Part shown: piece after piece, positions 1 to 10,083 of the stretch
Layout: every line of letters begins with the position of its first letter
Numbering within the stretch: position 1 is the first letter of the stretch
IMG/VR virus record: IMGVR_UViG_3300028048_000124
Span: 12,294-76,293 of that record
Reading direction: 5' to 3' (one strand)
DNA length: 64,000 nt
From: a virus
Taxonomy: Duplodnaviria > Caudoviricetes
Made by a program: the position numbers and the translations under genes
Notes under the pieces: model-generated
What the model was told of the DNA's origin: nothing
The model's input: only the letters and a program-made list of their open reading frames with translations
The model's database searches: none

Positions 1-1203
1 CTGCTCAATCAGGTCTATGCACCTCTCTACCTTGCTCGACTTTATGTTGTTCGTGGTCAAGATGGTTGGACAGACCGTCGCCTGTCTCAGCCTGGTAATC
101 ATTGACAACAGGTTATTTGGGTGGAGTCTGACCTTATCCACTTCCCTCTTGAGACCATTACACACATCGGAGTAGAACCTCGCCTGGTCGTCGTTCATGT
201 CCACGATTTCGTTGATTACCGTTTTCTCCGGCAAATCAAGCAAATCCTTCGTCCTTCTGAGCGAACAGCAATCCAACTCGTCCTTAAGCAAATCGAGGTT
301 CTTGTATCCAACGACCTCGTGTCCGCTTACGCCGCCGTAGACGCAATACTGGGCCTCGAACGTCCCCAGCGTGGCTGAATCGTTGTCGGTCCATTTAAGA
401 GGCACGAACAAATCGGTCGGCTTATTGAGCATCGGGGTTCCTGTCAATCCAATCTTGTATTTGGCATCCAACTTAAGCAACCCCTTGCCCTGCTGTGATT
501 CGGAATCCTTGCACTTATGGCATTCGTCGACGACAATCATGTCAATCTTGTTCTTGGACTTCTTGAACGCCTTAATCATCCTTTCGTCCCTGAACGATTC
601 TATGTTCGTGATGATGAAGAACTCGTCGATTGGGTTCTTGAGTTGCTCGGCCCTCTTCTCGATTGAATCGTAGACCACTGAGCCCGTCGAAGTCACCCTT
701 TCGCCGAGAATCACGCACGTCTCGTCGCTGTGTTTCTCTATTTCCCTCTTCCAGTTCGTCTTAAGCGTGTTGACGCAGCAAATCACCAAGCAGTGGGAAA
801 TCCCCCTCTGGGCCTTCAACTCGCGTGCCAGGCCTATCATCTGGGCCGTCTTACCCAAGCCCATCTCATCGAGCAACAGCCACTTGTCAGAACCAAGTCC
901 ATATTTGATTCCCTCCTCCTGGTATTTGGAGAGTTTCAACTTGTAGTCCTGCGTCAGTTCATGCTCTTCCCTCTCGTCATCGTATTCGAGTACCTTAAGT
1001 TCGACGTCGTCGATATGCGAGAAATAGTCAATCATGTCGGCGAGTTCTAGAAGAGGGAGTTCCCACGCCTTGAGTTCCGGATGGTAATATGAAACCCTAA
1101 ATGACTTCAGGTAATTGACTATGTCCTGCCTAAAGGAAAAGGTGACAAATACCGAGTATCTGCCACTTACCTTCATCGGTTTCGCTACCGTTAGGTTAAT
1201 CAT
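1..1203 (-). CDS. SNF2/SWI2-family helicase, partial (C-terminus runs off the window); absent from the ORF track
   Basis: Manual translation from ATG at 1203 (overlaps the upstream stop) is open to base 1: Walker A LLLDEMGLGKT, motif II IVVDECH, motif III GLTGTP, LRRTKDLLDLP, LLSMITRLRQA. Confidence 0.9.
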   Translation of the reverse strand, partial: MINLTVAKPMKVSGRYSVFVTFSFRQDIVNYLKSFRVSYYHPELKAWELPLLELADMIDYFSHIDDVELKVLEYDDEREEHELTQDYKLKLSKYQEEGIKYGLGSDKWLLLDEMGLGKTAQMIGLARELKAQRGISHCLVICCVNTLKTNWKREIEKHSDETCVILGERVTSTGSVVYDSIEKRAEQLKNPIDEFFIITNIESFRDERMIKAFKKSKNKIDMIVVDECHKCKDSESQQGKGLLKLDAKYKIGLTGTPMLNKPTDLFVPLKWTDNDSATLGTFEAQYCVYGGVSGHEVVGYKNLDLLKDELDCCSLRRTKDLLDLPEKTVINEIVDMNDDQARFYSDVCNGLKREVDKVRLHPNNLLSMITRLRQATVCPTILTTNNIKSSKVERCIDLIEQ

Positions 1204-1510
1204 TTTCTTCCTTCAATTCCGTTCTGTCTTCGTTGAAGACCGGTGATTTGTAATCGTGTTCGAAATCGTGGATGTCGCATTTATCGGTGACGAACCCCAT
1301 ATGGCATTCGACCTTGAACGTGTGGTTGCAGTAATCGCAAGTGTATTCCTCTTCGTACTTCGGCATTTCGCCCAACGTGTGTTCTATCTTGCCAGATTCC
1401 GATTTGGTTATGTCGAAGGCACCGTCCAAAAGGTCCTCCGGAAAGTAAACCTCGCTGGGCATGTATTCGGCTCCGCAATAAGGGCATTTGATGATTCCTT
1501 TTGTTTCCAT
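1196..1510 (-). CDS. small Zn-finger protein (CxxC...CxxC)
   Basis: CPYC and CDYC pairs; coupled to the helicase by start/stop overlap; lies just downstream of a sigma70-type promoter. Confidence 0.65.
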   Translation of the reverse strand: METKGIIKCPYCGAEYMPSEVYFPEDLLDGAFDITKSESGKIEHTLGEMPKYEEEYTCDYCNHTFKVECHMGFVTDKCDIHDFEHDYKSPVFNEDRTELKEEND

Positions 1511-1546
1511 GATAATTAAAAATCCTGCTTATATACCTTTCTGATA

Positions 1547-1577
1547 TATTATACAGGATTTTAAGATAAAATATAAA
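1547..1577 (-). promoter_or_regulatory. sigma70/sigmaA-type (early) promoter
   Basis: Minus strand TTTATA-N18-TATAAT with TG immediately 5' of the -10; 16 bp identical to 10053-10068. Confidence 0.6.
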
Positions 1578-1599
1578 TATATTTTATTCGTATTGTGTA

Positions 1600-4032
1600 T
1601 TACCAGTATACAGGTTTGCCCAATTTTCTAAAATATAGAATATAGGGTTTATTGGCATCAATATGTGAATTTGATGTATCTATTAAATTGGTTAAATTTA
1701 CCGTCTCCGGTGAGCCCACAGGGGCAGCCGATTGGGAAGATGGCGTATGTGCGTATAATACCAGGCCAGTTCCACTTCCACTAATACTTCCTGAATATTG
1801 GTATTCAATACCAAAAGTTACATCACACCCTGTTCCACCGAACTCCGGTATATAAGCACCATAACACTTCAATCTTCCATTCTCCCCGGACCCATATATA
1901 GTATCAGGAAGGACATGTGACGGCGGTACAGAAAATGTTCCGAGTGGAATAATATGACTCATGGCTGGATGTGGGTTATACCAACTTTGGCCCACTCCAT
2001 TTCTCCTTATTACAAGAACAAACTCGAACGTTGCACCCGAACCGGAGGAGGAACCCATGTCTACAAAACCATCAAACGGTCCAGTATCAATCAAATAATT
2101 GCCATAGACTTCATTAATTTTGTCAACATATGACCAAGACCCATCGAAAGGATTTGCCGTAAACACCCTAGGCACGGGAATTCCAGGGTTATATTTTTTG
2201 CCAATCAATATAAGTCCAATTTTAGAACCTGTTACTTGACTTCCATCATAATCAACCGAGTACACATCCATGCTCTCATGTCCCGATGATATAGTATTAA
2301 ACAACAACTCGCTGAAAATAAATGCGGGAGACCTATTTCCAGACGCCGATACTGTTTTTGATAATCCGAACCTACAGAGAAACACCCTCGGCGTAGCAGC
2401 AGCAATGGTCGTTGATGCCGTATCTCTTATGACAACGACGAACGGAACTGTCGAGTTTGGAATATTTGCGGCCCCAGAATTCTTCTCTTGCTCAGACAAT
2501 TTCGAGTATAATTCCGACAATGTAGTATCATACGTGACATATTTAGAATGTGTCGACCCGATTAATTCAGAATATACATTTATTTTTTGATTCAAATCAA
2601 GAGTATTATTCGTACTGGAATATGGAACACTAAAAGCCTCGCCATTAATTTTGACATAATTAACCTTTGGGATATATGCGTCTCCTACCTCATTTCCTTT
2701 CCAACTCTTTATCAAATCATACCCAAGATAGATATTATGGTTTTGGAAATCACCGACCATGGCAAATGTGCCTGTTCTTGGTGAAATTGGTGCACCTGTA
2801 TCCGGGTCATATTCCTCTGGCAACTCAGGAAGAGTGAACTCCCTTTCCGCCGCAGTCGAAGGTGCTTTAATCTTATTGTTGTTATTATTTCCAGGCATCA
2901 AAACGAAATTCCCACGAGCAAGGCAATTTGCATCACTGATGATTGAGCCCGCTTCTAGGTTGCCTGGTGTGGATATTGAGCCAGCCTCTATTAGGCCTTC
3001 CGCGGTTATTGAGCCTGCCTCTATTTCGTCTTCAGTGGTTATCGGCCCTGTCGCTGCTATTGAGCCTGCTTCTATTCTGCCGTCTGTGGTTATTTCGTCT
3101 GCCGCTAATATTGAGCCCGCGTCTATATGGCCATCTACCGTCAAATTCTGACCTACCTGTAAGCCTCCTCTGACATACCCATCTCCATCGACAGTTAAAT
3201 TGTCACCAATGGTTGCTACCTGGGCATCCAAACCACCGCGTACCTGTAAGTCTCTTGATACTTCCCCAGAACCGTTGATTGTTAAATCTCCAATAACATC
3301 AAAGTCACCCCCAACTAATGTTCCACCGGAAATTTCCAATGGATACTCTTGGTATTGTCCAGCCTTAAGTGTAACACCGGCAACGTTTAATTCGTCAGTT
3401 GTGAATTTTCTATGGATTGGGCTTCCGTCTGTGTTCTTGACGGCAGAAGAAGGAAGAATCAGTTTCGATTTTTCTGGGATTTCCCACTTAGATGATGTGG
3501 AATTGTATTCCAACAATGCCAACGTATATTTCGTGCTGGCTGCCATCGGCTGGGTTCCCCTGGTGATTGCGACGCCTCCGAACTTCGCGACGTCGCCGGA
3601 GATGTTATCCAACGGCGCACCTGTTGTGGTTGAACCTGACGCGTCAGTGCTGACCAACGTGAATGCTTTGTATTTCGTGTTCGAGCCTTCGTCATTCGTG
3701 AATGGCAAAACCTGGATTTGACCCCAAATGGTGTCGCCGTTCGATGGGTCTGAGAATAAGTCTGAATAATCGCTTGCGCTCAACGTTGCCTTGAAATAGT
3801 ATCCGTGAATCAGGAAAATCAAAACCTTTGACGTCGAATTCCAAGAAACCACGAAACTTCCGGATTTGCTTCCTACGGCCGCATAGTTGTCATTACCTAA
3901 GAGCCTGAACCTGTTCGTTAGGTTGAATTCTGTATTGAGCCTTGATTCGGGATTGTAATTACTGGTTCCTACTTTGTCCCTAAACGCCGTAGGATATACT
4001 TGGATGTGTTCGCTCTTAATTTTCATGTGCAA
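1600..4032 (-). CDS. baseplate-associated tail fibre/spike-like structural protein
   Basis: Last gene of the baseplate operon; Gly/Val-rich beta-helix-like repeats (V.GDL.V.G, IEAGSI x5); AT-richer C-terminal part. Confidence 0.55.
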   Translation of the reverse strand: MHMKIKSEHIQVYPTAFRDKVGTSNYNPESRLNTEFNLTNRFRLLGNDNYAAVGSKSGSFVVSWNSTSKVLIFLIHGYYFKATLSASDYSDLFSDPSNGDTIWGQIQVLPFTNDEGSNTKYKAFTLVSTDASGSTTTGAPLDNISGDVAKFGGVAITRGTQPMAASTKYTLALLEYNSTSSKWEIPEKSKLILPSSAVKNTDGSPIHRKFTTDELNVAGVTLKAGQYQEYPLEISGGTLVGGDFDVIGDLTINGSGEVSRDLQVRGGLDAQVATIGDNLTVDGDGYVRGGLQVGQNLTVDGHIDAGSILAADEITTDGRIEAGSIAATGPITTEDEIEAGSITAEGLIEAGSISTPGNLEAGSIISDANCLARGNFVLMPGNNNNNKIKAPSTAAEREFTLPELPEEYDPDTGAPISPRTGTFAMVGDFQNHNIYLGYDLIKSWKGNEVGDAYIPKVNYVKINGEAFSVPYSSTNNTLDLNQKINVYSELIGSTHSKYVTYDTTLSELYSKLSEQEKNSGAANIPNSTVPFVVVIRDTASTTIAAATPRVFLCRFGLSKTVSASGNRSPAFIFSELLFNTISSGHESMDVYSVDYDGSQVTGSKIGLILIGKKYNPGIPVPRVFTANPFDGSWSYVDKINEVYGNYLIDTGPFDGFVDMGSSSGSGATFEFVLVIRRNGVGQSWYNPHPAMSHIIPLGTFSVPPSHVLPDTIYGSGENGRLKCYGAYIPEFGGTGCDVTFGIEYQYSGSISGSGTGLVLYAHTPSSQSAAPVGSPETVNLTNLIDTSNSHIDANKPYILYFRKLGKPVYW
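2941..3128 (-). repeat. five coding repeats (I/L)(E/D)AGSI
   Basis: ATTGAGCC core at 2942, 2975, 3008, 3059, 3110 (spacing 33, 33, 51, 51 nt). Confidence 0.8.
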
Positions 4033-4037
4033 TCTCC

Positions 4038-4574
4038 TTATTTATTTGAAACCCTTAACGACCACGTTAGGATTATGTTTGATTTTCCGTCTGCCTCAAT
4101 ATTGTCGAATGCTCCATCTTCATCGAACAACGTGACCCAGGCGCAACAGCCACTCAAATCGTCCCACCTAGCATTTGAATTATATAGCCTCAGGTGGTTT
4201 ATCTTTGCACCGGATGAAACGGTTGAGAACGGTACGACGAACTTATATGTGCAAACACTGTATTCGTCATCCTGTCCGGATGGTGACGTGGTTGTCCCGA
4301 CCTCGGTGTACGGAATTGGTGTCAACGATACAGCCTCTGCCCCGCTCATCGACGACGGGTTATTTGTGAATCCAATCATCAGGAACTTAGGTGCGGCGTC
4401 ATATTGTCCGGACGAGAAGTTTCCGGCCAAACACTTCGCTATGAAGGTGAATAGTGGAAGCCTTCCGGCATTCTTGGCGGTGACGTGCTTTATCACCTTG
4501 TCACCCCTCACCAGTTTTATATCGACTACCCCGGAATATCCGAGATTGTTTTCAGATACGATTGCGTTCTTCAT
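4038..4574 (-). CDS. baseplate/tail-fibre-associated hypothetical structural protein
   Basis: 178-aa ORF with RBS, between wedge and fibre genes; beta-rich. Confidence 0.5.
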   Translation of the reverse strand: MKNAIVSENNLGYSGVVDIKLVRGDKVIKHVTAKNAGRLPLFTFIAKCLAGNFSSGQYDAAPKFLMIGFTNNPSSMSGAEAVSLTPIPYTEVGTTTSPSGQDDEYSVCTYKFVVPFSTVSSGAKINHLRLYNSNARWDDLSGCCAWVTLFDEDGAFDNIEADGKSNIILTWSLRVSNK

Positions 4575-5278
4575 TGCGTTTCCTCCACTATTTGCTCATT
4601 TCCGCGGATAACTGCGGTGTTGTCCGTGATTCCGGCGTCTGCGTTTTCCGCATTTTCTATTTCGTCCTCGGACAACGTGACTCTTCCGCGGGTGACGCTA
4701 CCGAGTTGAGGAGTTGATATATTGCCTGAGTAGTTGATTTCTGCGGCGTATCCAATATCCGTAACAGGTTTTTGTTTTACGACGGTTGCGGTAACGATTT
4801 CATAAGTGAACCCAGCCGGTAATACATAGTCCAACATATCCTCCAACAAGGCGATGTCCCCAACTGAACTTGGAACGTAAATGGTAACACTCCTATCGAA
4901 CACGGTATCATCTCCATTAAGAATGTCCGTTTGAATGATAACATCGAATTTTTCGTTGATGTTTTGCGATTTAAGCAAAACCCTGACGCAGTCCTCAATG
5001 GCCTTCTTCGTGCCCTTTATCCTTAGGATTGAGGCAAACGAATTACATAGTGCCTTAAGGTCGTTAACGTCATATGGATGCTTTGACTCAAACCCGAACG
5101 TGGTTGCCACCAAGTCCAACAACCTCGGGTCTGAATCCCTTGACAACGGATTGTTCTTCAAGCAATCTATCGCGGTTTTAGAATGATTAAGGACAGCCTC
5201 AAAGATACGACCAATGAATTGGAAGTCCCTTGATTCGTTGTAATAGTACTCCGGTACCTGTCTGTAAGTCTTAATCAT
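4571..5278 (-). CDS. baseplate wedge protein (P2 gpI / T4 gp7-like)
   Basis: Follows the J-like gene; LLDLVATTFGF...LRIKGTKKAIE pattern typical of gpI-like proteins. Start moved to MIKTYR at 5278 because the track start overlaps the upstream gene. Confidence 0.6.
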   Translation of the reverse strand: MIKTYRQVPEYYYNESRDFQFIGRIFEAVLNHSKTAIDCLKNNPLSRDSDPRLLDLVATTFGFESKHPYDVNDLKALCNSFASILRIKGTKKAIEDCVRVLLKSQNINEKFDVIIQTDILNGDDTVFDRSVTIYVPSSVGDIALLEDMLDYVLPAGFTYEIVTATVVKQKPVTDIGYAAEINYSGNISTPQLGSVTRGRVTLSEDEIENAENADAGITDNTAVIRGNEQIVEETQ

Positions 5279-5280
5279 AA

Positions 5281-8200
5281 TTATAACTTGGATGTCCTCA
5301 CTATTTCGATACTTGAATTCGAGAAGTCTATTTGGCAAAGAGTGAACTTGTTAGCCAGATTGTTCGAATCGAACATCGACAACGGGTCCGACAAGTCACT
5401 GCTCTCTATTGCCGAGTAAGCGTCGATGTCGTTGTTATAGTAGAATAGGTCAACGCCGTCGCATGTCCCCGATTCCCTCAATAAATTTAGCAGACCGTCG
5501 CTGGCCTCAATCCTCGCATCGGTTAGGATTTCGCCGTTCAACGCCTTATTATAACCGCTGGTTACCTTAATCTTGCTGATTTGCAAATAGTCGTTTGAAT
5601 TCTCATCGACCTTAATCTTAAGTCCGATTGTTCCGGATGCGCCGTAAATCTGAATGACGTTGATTCCAGCGTGCAAGTCATATGAGGAGCCAGTCCAAGA
5701 CGATGGGTCATTATATGCCTTTGCGTACATTCCCGAAGGAAGTGTCAAGGAGACGGTCGCAGTTGAGCCGACCGGTTTTTCCCAGAAAAACATTATCAAC
5801 TCCGTATTTGACGCAGGTGACGAACTTGTGTATTCGACCGGTGTCTTCAAGTCGATGACTGCGTAATCACCTGAGGTTTTCTTGAGGTTTCTGCAACCTA
5901 ATTGTAAGTATCCAGATAACTCCCTTTCCAACGTGACGGTTCTTTCCCCTCCGGAAACTATTTCCACATAACTTGGTGCCTCATAATTGAATGAGTATGC
6001 GCATACGTCGTATCCGACCTTTCCGTCCAAGTAGGTGACTGATGTATCGATATCCTTTTCTCCGCCGCATTGAATCAACGTGTTGAACACGAATTCAGTC
6101 TGTGTCAACTTTACGTCTTTGGTGACTACCGAGATGATGTTTCCCGCCGAATCCGTGGTATAACTGTCAAGTAAACTGAGCGTCAACGATTGCTCGCAGG
6201 CATCGGTCGTCTTCAATTTCTGCCTTAATTCGGGACCTGCGTTGATGTCCAACCTCGAACGCAATTTCCAGTTGGTTGAACTATATGAAGGCAAAGTCTC
6301 GGTCTCTCCGCCGACCGTGTATTCGATTTCGTATCCGTCAGGCAAGTCCCTCCAGTCATTGGTGATGTATCCAGTAAACGTCGCCGGGCTTGAACCTGCG
6401 ACGAATCTGATGGAGTCGCCCTCGACCAAAGTCAAAATCGTCATTTCCTCAATGGTCAGGTTCTTCTCACCTGCTGTAGTCGGAGTGTCGGTGAAGTTCT
6501 TGTATTTCCAGTTGAATTGCGAGAATGCGGCGAGTCCGTTTTGGCTGATGTCCTCGATTTCGATTTTCTCGTCGGATGCAATCTTCCATGTGGATAGGTC
6601 CTCTTCTTCGACGCAGTTCAACGTCAATCTCGTTCCACTTCCTAAAACCTCCAACTCGGTCAATGCCGTATTGGAGTAGATGAAGTATTCGTTCTCCCCC
6701 AAAACGATTTGGTATCCCAAGAAGTTATCGTCTTCATCGTAAATCTTGTCGTTGTCCGTGAACAACGCGTTGTCTTGGTTGTTAGTAATCCAGTAGCAAG
6801 GAAGAGACGATGACGTCAAAGTCGACTTGACCCTCTTTCTCTTTTGGATTTCCTCGCTGGTTCCGAGCGAATAGAATCCGAGTGTGACTCCCTCGACCTT
6901 AATCCACTTTGTCGTGCTTCTTCTGTTGGTGGTGCTGTATTCCGCCCAAGGCTTCAAATCCAAACCGCTTGGCTTGAAGATGTTTTCGGCACCATCCGTC
7001 AATATGTATTCCTGGCCGACCAACGTCGCGACGTGAACCGATTTGCTATCCTCGATGATTACCTCGTCGGAAACGCTGTAGGTCTTGATTCCGGTTGCCG
7101 TGTATATTGTAAGGATGTCTTTGTCGTTGCTGTCCGTTCTGTCGATGTAAAGAACGTCTGTTCCGGCCAACTTGTGTTCTGTCTCATCTGCGATGTCGTT
7201 GCCATCCCACCTGTAGTTGACGTAGGCGGGGAAAATGACTTCTGTGACCAAACTCGGGGCGATTGCCTGGAAGACCTCGTTTTCGCCCAATTTGTATCCC
7301 GTCTTCAAAGAGGACACTGCCATCTTTGCCTCGGGCGTCATCTTAACGATTTTATCGTGCAGGAACTGTCCACTCGATTCCCCAACAGGGGTGAACAACG
7401 TTGGGGTTTGACCGAATTCGAAATTGAATCTCGTGTCATAATCAAATAATGACATTCTTCCGGCCAGGATGTTCTTTGCGGCCAATTTAGTATATGCACT
7501 GATATCGAAACTGCCTCCGCTTGACAAATTGTACAAAGGCCTCTCATTGCCGTCGTATGTCATGACTACTGTGTGTTGCTCGGGCTCGGGCATCGAAACG
7601 TTTTTGATTCTCGCGTCGGCACCCAAAATTGCCTCGTAGATGAGGTCGTAGTCAATCTCGTAGCCATAGTCGACATTCCTTGCGTTGAATGCCTCGTACA
7701 AGGCCTTATTGACGTTTTCGAGGATTGACTTCTGCTCGTATGCGTTCACTTTGTAGGAAGTGGTCAATTGCGCATTCAGCGTGTAATAGTTTTTGTAGAG
7801 GTAAACGTCGTCACTCTTCAATGACGTAGTATCATTCTTATATGTGTGTGAGATTGTCTTCTTGCTCTCGATTCCGGCCTCGATGTCTGATAAATCCTTC
7901 AAAGGCTTGAATGATTTATTGTATGTGTCGATTGTGTATGACGTCGTGATTGGATTCAAAGGATACAAGCACAAATCGAACGGGGTGATTGTAGTATTCT
8001 GTGTATTCGAAACCTTGGTTACGCCTTGGTTTGTAAAGGTAACCACGTTATTAGAATAGTTGATATCCGTCCTTCTGTCCGCCACCTGAACGTTAGATAC
8101 GACGTCGTGCCCTTCGTCTGAAACAAGATTGTAGATTGCGTTTGCATAGTCTCTGCATGTGACCAAAGTATCGAATGTGCCGACTACCTTCTTGAAGGAA

Positions 8201-9189
8201 TTATATGCCTCGTCGATGCTTTCAGGATTGCTTCCGTTCGATGTAGCGGAGAGGTTCGAGATAACCAAAACGGTTCCTTCGACAGTTTCTCCACCTTCAG
8301 TCGTATCCGGGTAAACCTGCACTGACGAATCACCTTCCAAGTATAGATTACCCGGTGATGAAAGCGTCGTCAGGAAACCGGACCTGATGTTTCCGCTCAC
8401 GCCGAGTGTCCTGAAATACCTGATTGACAATCCGCTCTCAATAAGATTGGCGATGTCGTCGGGGAATTCCACGTAAGGAAGCCCACGACTGGAATCGTAT
8501 CCGAATTTATATACGTAACTTCCCGGCTCCACTGTATTCAGGTTAGTCACCGCTTCCCAATGTTCGTCTCCCGAATCGGCACCTTCGTTTAAAATGAACA
8601 CGCCGTTTTCGGCGACCATCTTCTCGGGGAAGTATATCCTGTTGTTGTCATCCAAATTCTCTAGATGGATTACATTGCTCCCGCCGACGCTCAAAGAAAC
8701 GCACGTTCCCTCCATGGCCAAGGCTGAGACCGATTTATACCTTTCGGTCAATCTGCAGTCCTTTACCAATGTATACTTGATTGAGTTGTCGACGTCCACC
8801 ACGACGGTGTCGAATGCCTTCAACGCGATGGCATCCGAAGTGCCTTTTAACTTCGAACCGGTGTACATGAATGACACGTTGGTCGTCGCGGACCTATAAT
8901 ACTTCGGACTATACCCGCTTGCCTCACAGAGATTCCTCATGGATGACTCCTGGGTCGCGGAAGGCATGAAGCACTCCAAGGTGTTCTTGTCGCTGTTGTA
9001 GTTCAACTTGTCTCCCATGAAGCCAAGCAATTTCAACAACACCACGCCGGGGTCGCTTTCGTTGGACGATTGCGGGTCCCATCTCGCAGACAACTTCTTG
9101 GCCAACGACAAAATCTCAGGATACAGCGACTGGAAATCCTTATTGATGTAACTCTTGTTGCTGATGTTCAATTCTTCTGTGTTAATCAT
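5281..9189 (-). CDS. baseplate wedge protein (T4 gp6 / baseplate J-like), 1302 aa
   Basis: N-terminal NKDFQSLY...DPGVVLLKLLGFMGDKLNY...SATQESSM...GYSPK; SNGSNPESIDEAY and LVTCRDY motifs; directly after the gp25-like gene. Confidence 0.8.
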   Translation of the reverse strand: MINTEELNISNKSYINKDFQSLYPEILSLAKKLSARWDPQSSNESDPGVVLLKLLGFMGDKLNYNSDKNTLECFMPSATQESSMRNLCEASGYSPKYYRSATTNVSFMYTGSKLKGTSDAIALKAFDTVVVDVDNSIKYTLVKDCRLTERYKSVSALAMEGTCVSLSVGGSNVIHLENLDDNNRIYFPEKMVAENGVFILNEGADSGDEHWEAVTNLNTVEPGSYVYKFGYDSSRGLPYVEFPDDIANLIESGLSIRYFRTLGVSGNIRSGFLTTLSSPGNLYLEGDSSVQVYPDTTEGGETVEGTVLVISNLSATSNGSNPESIDEAYNSFKKVVGTFDTLVTCRDYANAIYNLVSDEGHDVVSNVQVADRRTDINYSNNVVTFTNQGVTKVSNTQNTTITPFDLCLYPLNPITTSYTIDTYNKSFKPLKDLSDIEAGIESKKTISHTYKNDTTSLKSDDVYLYKNYYTLNAQLTTSYKVNAYEQKSILENVNKALYEAFNARNVDYGYEIDYDLIYEAILGADARIKNVSMPEPEQHTVVMTYDGNERPLYNLSSGGSFDISAYTKLAAKNILAGRMSLFDYDTRFNFEFGQTPTLFTPVGESSGQFLHDKIVKMTPEAKMAVSSLKTGYKLGENEVFQAIAPSLVTEVIFPAYVNYRWDGNDIADETEHKLAGTDVLYIDRTDSNDKDILTIYTATGIKTYSVSDEVIIEDSKSVHVATLVGQEYILTDGAENIFKPSGLDLKPWAEYSTTNRRSTTKWIKVEGVTLGFYSLGTSEEIQKRKRVKSTLTSSSLPCYWITNNQDNALFTDNDKIYDEDDNFLGYQIVLGENEYFIYSNTALTELEVLGSGTRLTLNCVEEEDLSTWKIASDEKIEIEDISQNGLAAFSQFNWKYKNFTDTPTTAGEKNLTIEEMTILTLVEGDSIRFVAGSSPATFTGYITNDWRDLPDGYEIEYTVGGETETLPSYSSTNWKLRSRLDINAGPELRQKLKTTDACEQSLTLSLLDSYTTDSAGNIISVVTKDVKLTQTEFVFNTLIQCGGEKDIDTSVTYLDGKVGYDVCAYSFNYEAPSYVEIVSGGERTVTLERELSGYLQLGCRNLKKTSGDYAVIDLKTPVEYTSSSPASNTELIMFFWEKPVGSTATVSLTLPSGMYAKAYNDPSSWTGSSYDLHAGINVIQIYGASGTIGLKIKVDENSNDYLQISKIKVTSGYNKALNGEILTDARIEASDGLLNLLRESGTCDGVDLFYYNNDIDAYSAIESSDLSDPLSMFDSNNLANKFTLCQIDFSNSSIEIVRTSKL

Positions 9190-9191
9190 GT

Positions 9192-9581
9192 TTAGTTATC
9201 TTCCTCTCCCGTGAATAGCGTGATGTTAAACATATTGGTCGTGAAGTCTAGCCTGTTCGTTACCCTGATGTTCGCGGATATCGTCGCCAACCTTCCGTTT
9301 CTGTTCGTAACTAACTGTATGTCCGACCTCTTTACAATCAACTGCGGCATGAACACCGTAATCTTCGTGTATATCTCATCGATTATGATGTCCCTCAAAA
9401 GGTGGTCGTTTTGCTCGTAGATGTATTTCTTTACAGAAGTCCCGAATGCCGGGTCTCCCTTGAAATCCCCGGACTCGGAACCAAGCAACGCACAAAGGTT
9501 CTGCATCGTCGCAGAATCGTCGTAAACGACGTTTGTGGAACTTGATTTGAACATCTTCGGGAATTCTATTGACGTTAGCAT
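9192..9581 (-). CDS. gp25: baseplate wedge gp25/GPW-like (sheath initiator)
   Basis: GDFKGDPAFGT..KKYIYE motif, 129 aa, position before the gp6-like gene. Confidence 0.8.
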   Translation of the reverse strand: MLTSIEFPKMFKSSSTNVVYDDSATMQNLCALLGSESGDFKGDPAFGTSVKKYIYEQNDHLLRDIIIDEIYTKITVFMPQLIVKRSDIQLVTNRNGRLATISANIRVTNRLDFTTNMFNITLFTGEEDN

Positions 9582-9597
9582 TTAGGTCTCCTTACAC

Positions 9598-9612
9598 TCA
9601 TTTAATTTAGCA
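9598..9612 (-). promoter_or_regulatory. phage late promoter motif TGCTAAATTAAATGA
   Basis: Exact copy upstream of gp25. Confidence 0.75.
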
Positions 9613-9613
9613 C

Positions 9614-10048
9614 TCAATGTTCGCCGAGTCTCGCTTTCAGTTTGTCTATTTCCTCCTCAAGGTATTCTATTTTCCTCAAGGCTTTTAGGAGGTCATCGGC
9701 GGTTACCTCCCCTATCAACGTGTTCTGTGGAAGCACCGCCTTATTCGTTACCTCCATATCCACGTTATGCTGATATGCCGCCGGCTCGTCTTCAAGGCCC
9801 CTGACATACAGTTTTCCGATTATCACCGGCAACGACCTCCTGTTGTTCTCAAACGCGACGAACACGCAGTCGTTTTCCTTATACCCCTCAAACGTCCCAG
9901 GATTGTAACATACGGCACATTCGTATGTGGACGAGAATATCGAATCCGTCCCGCAATCGATGCCGGGTGACTCGAAGAACGGAATCCTTACCAGGTATTT
10001 ATTGTCGTAAGTACTTGACTTACCTATTACGTATCCTTTAACTACCAT
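9614..10048 (-). CDS. short baseplate spike (gp5/gpV OB-fold N-terminal domain)
   Basis: KYLVRIP...VFVAFENN..SLPVIIG OB-fold pattern; between hub and gp25; no lysozyme domain. Confidence 0.6.
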   Translation of the reverse strand: MVVKGYVIGKSSTYDNKYLVRIPFFESPGIDCGTDSIFSSTYECAVCYNPGTFEGYKENDCVFVAFENNRRSLPVIIGKLYVRGLEDEPAAYQHNVDMEVTNKAVLPQNTLIGEVTADDLLKALRKIEYLEEEIDKLKARLGEH

Positions 10049-10052
10049 ACAT

Positions 10053-10083
10053 TATTATACAGGATTTTTCTAGTTAATGTAAA
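10053..10083 (-). promoter_or_regulatory. sigma70/sigmaA-type promoter ahead of the spike gene
   Basis: TTTACA-N18-TATAAT with TG before the -10; 16 bp identical to 1547-1562. Confidence 0.55.
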
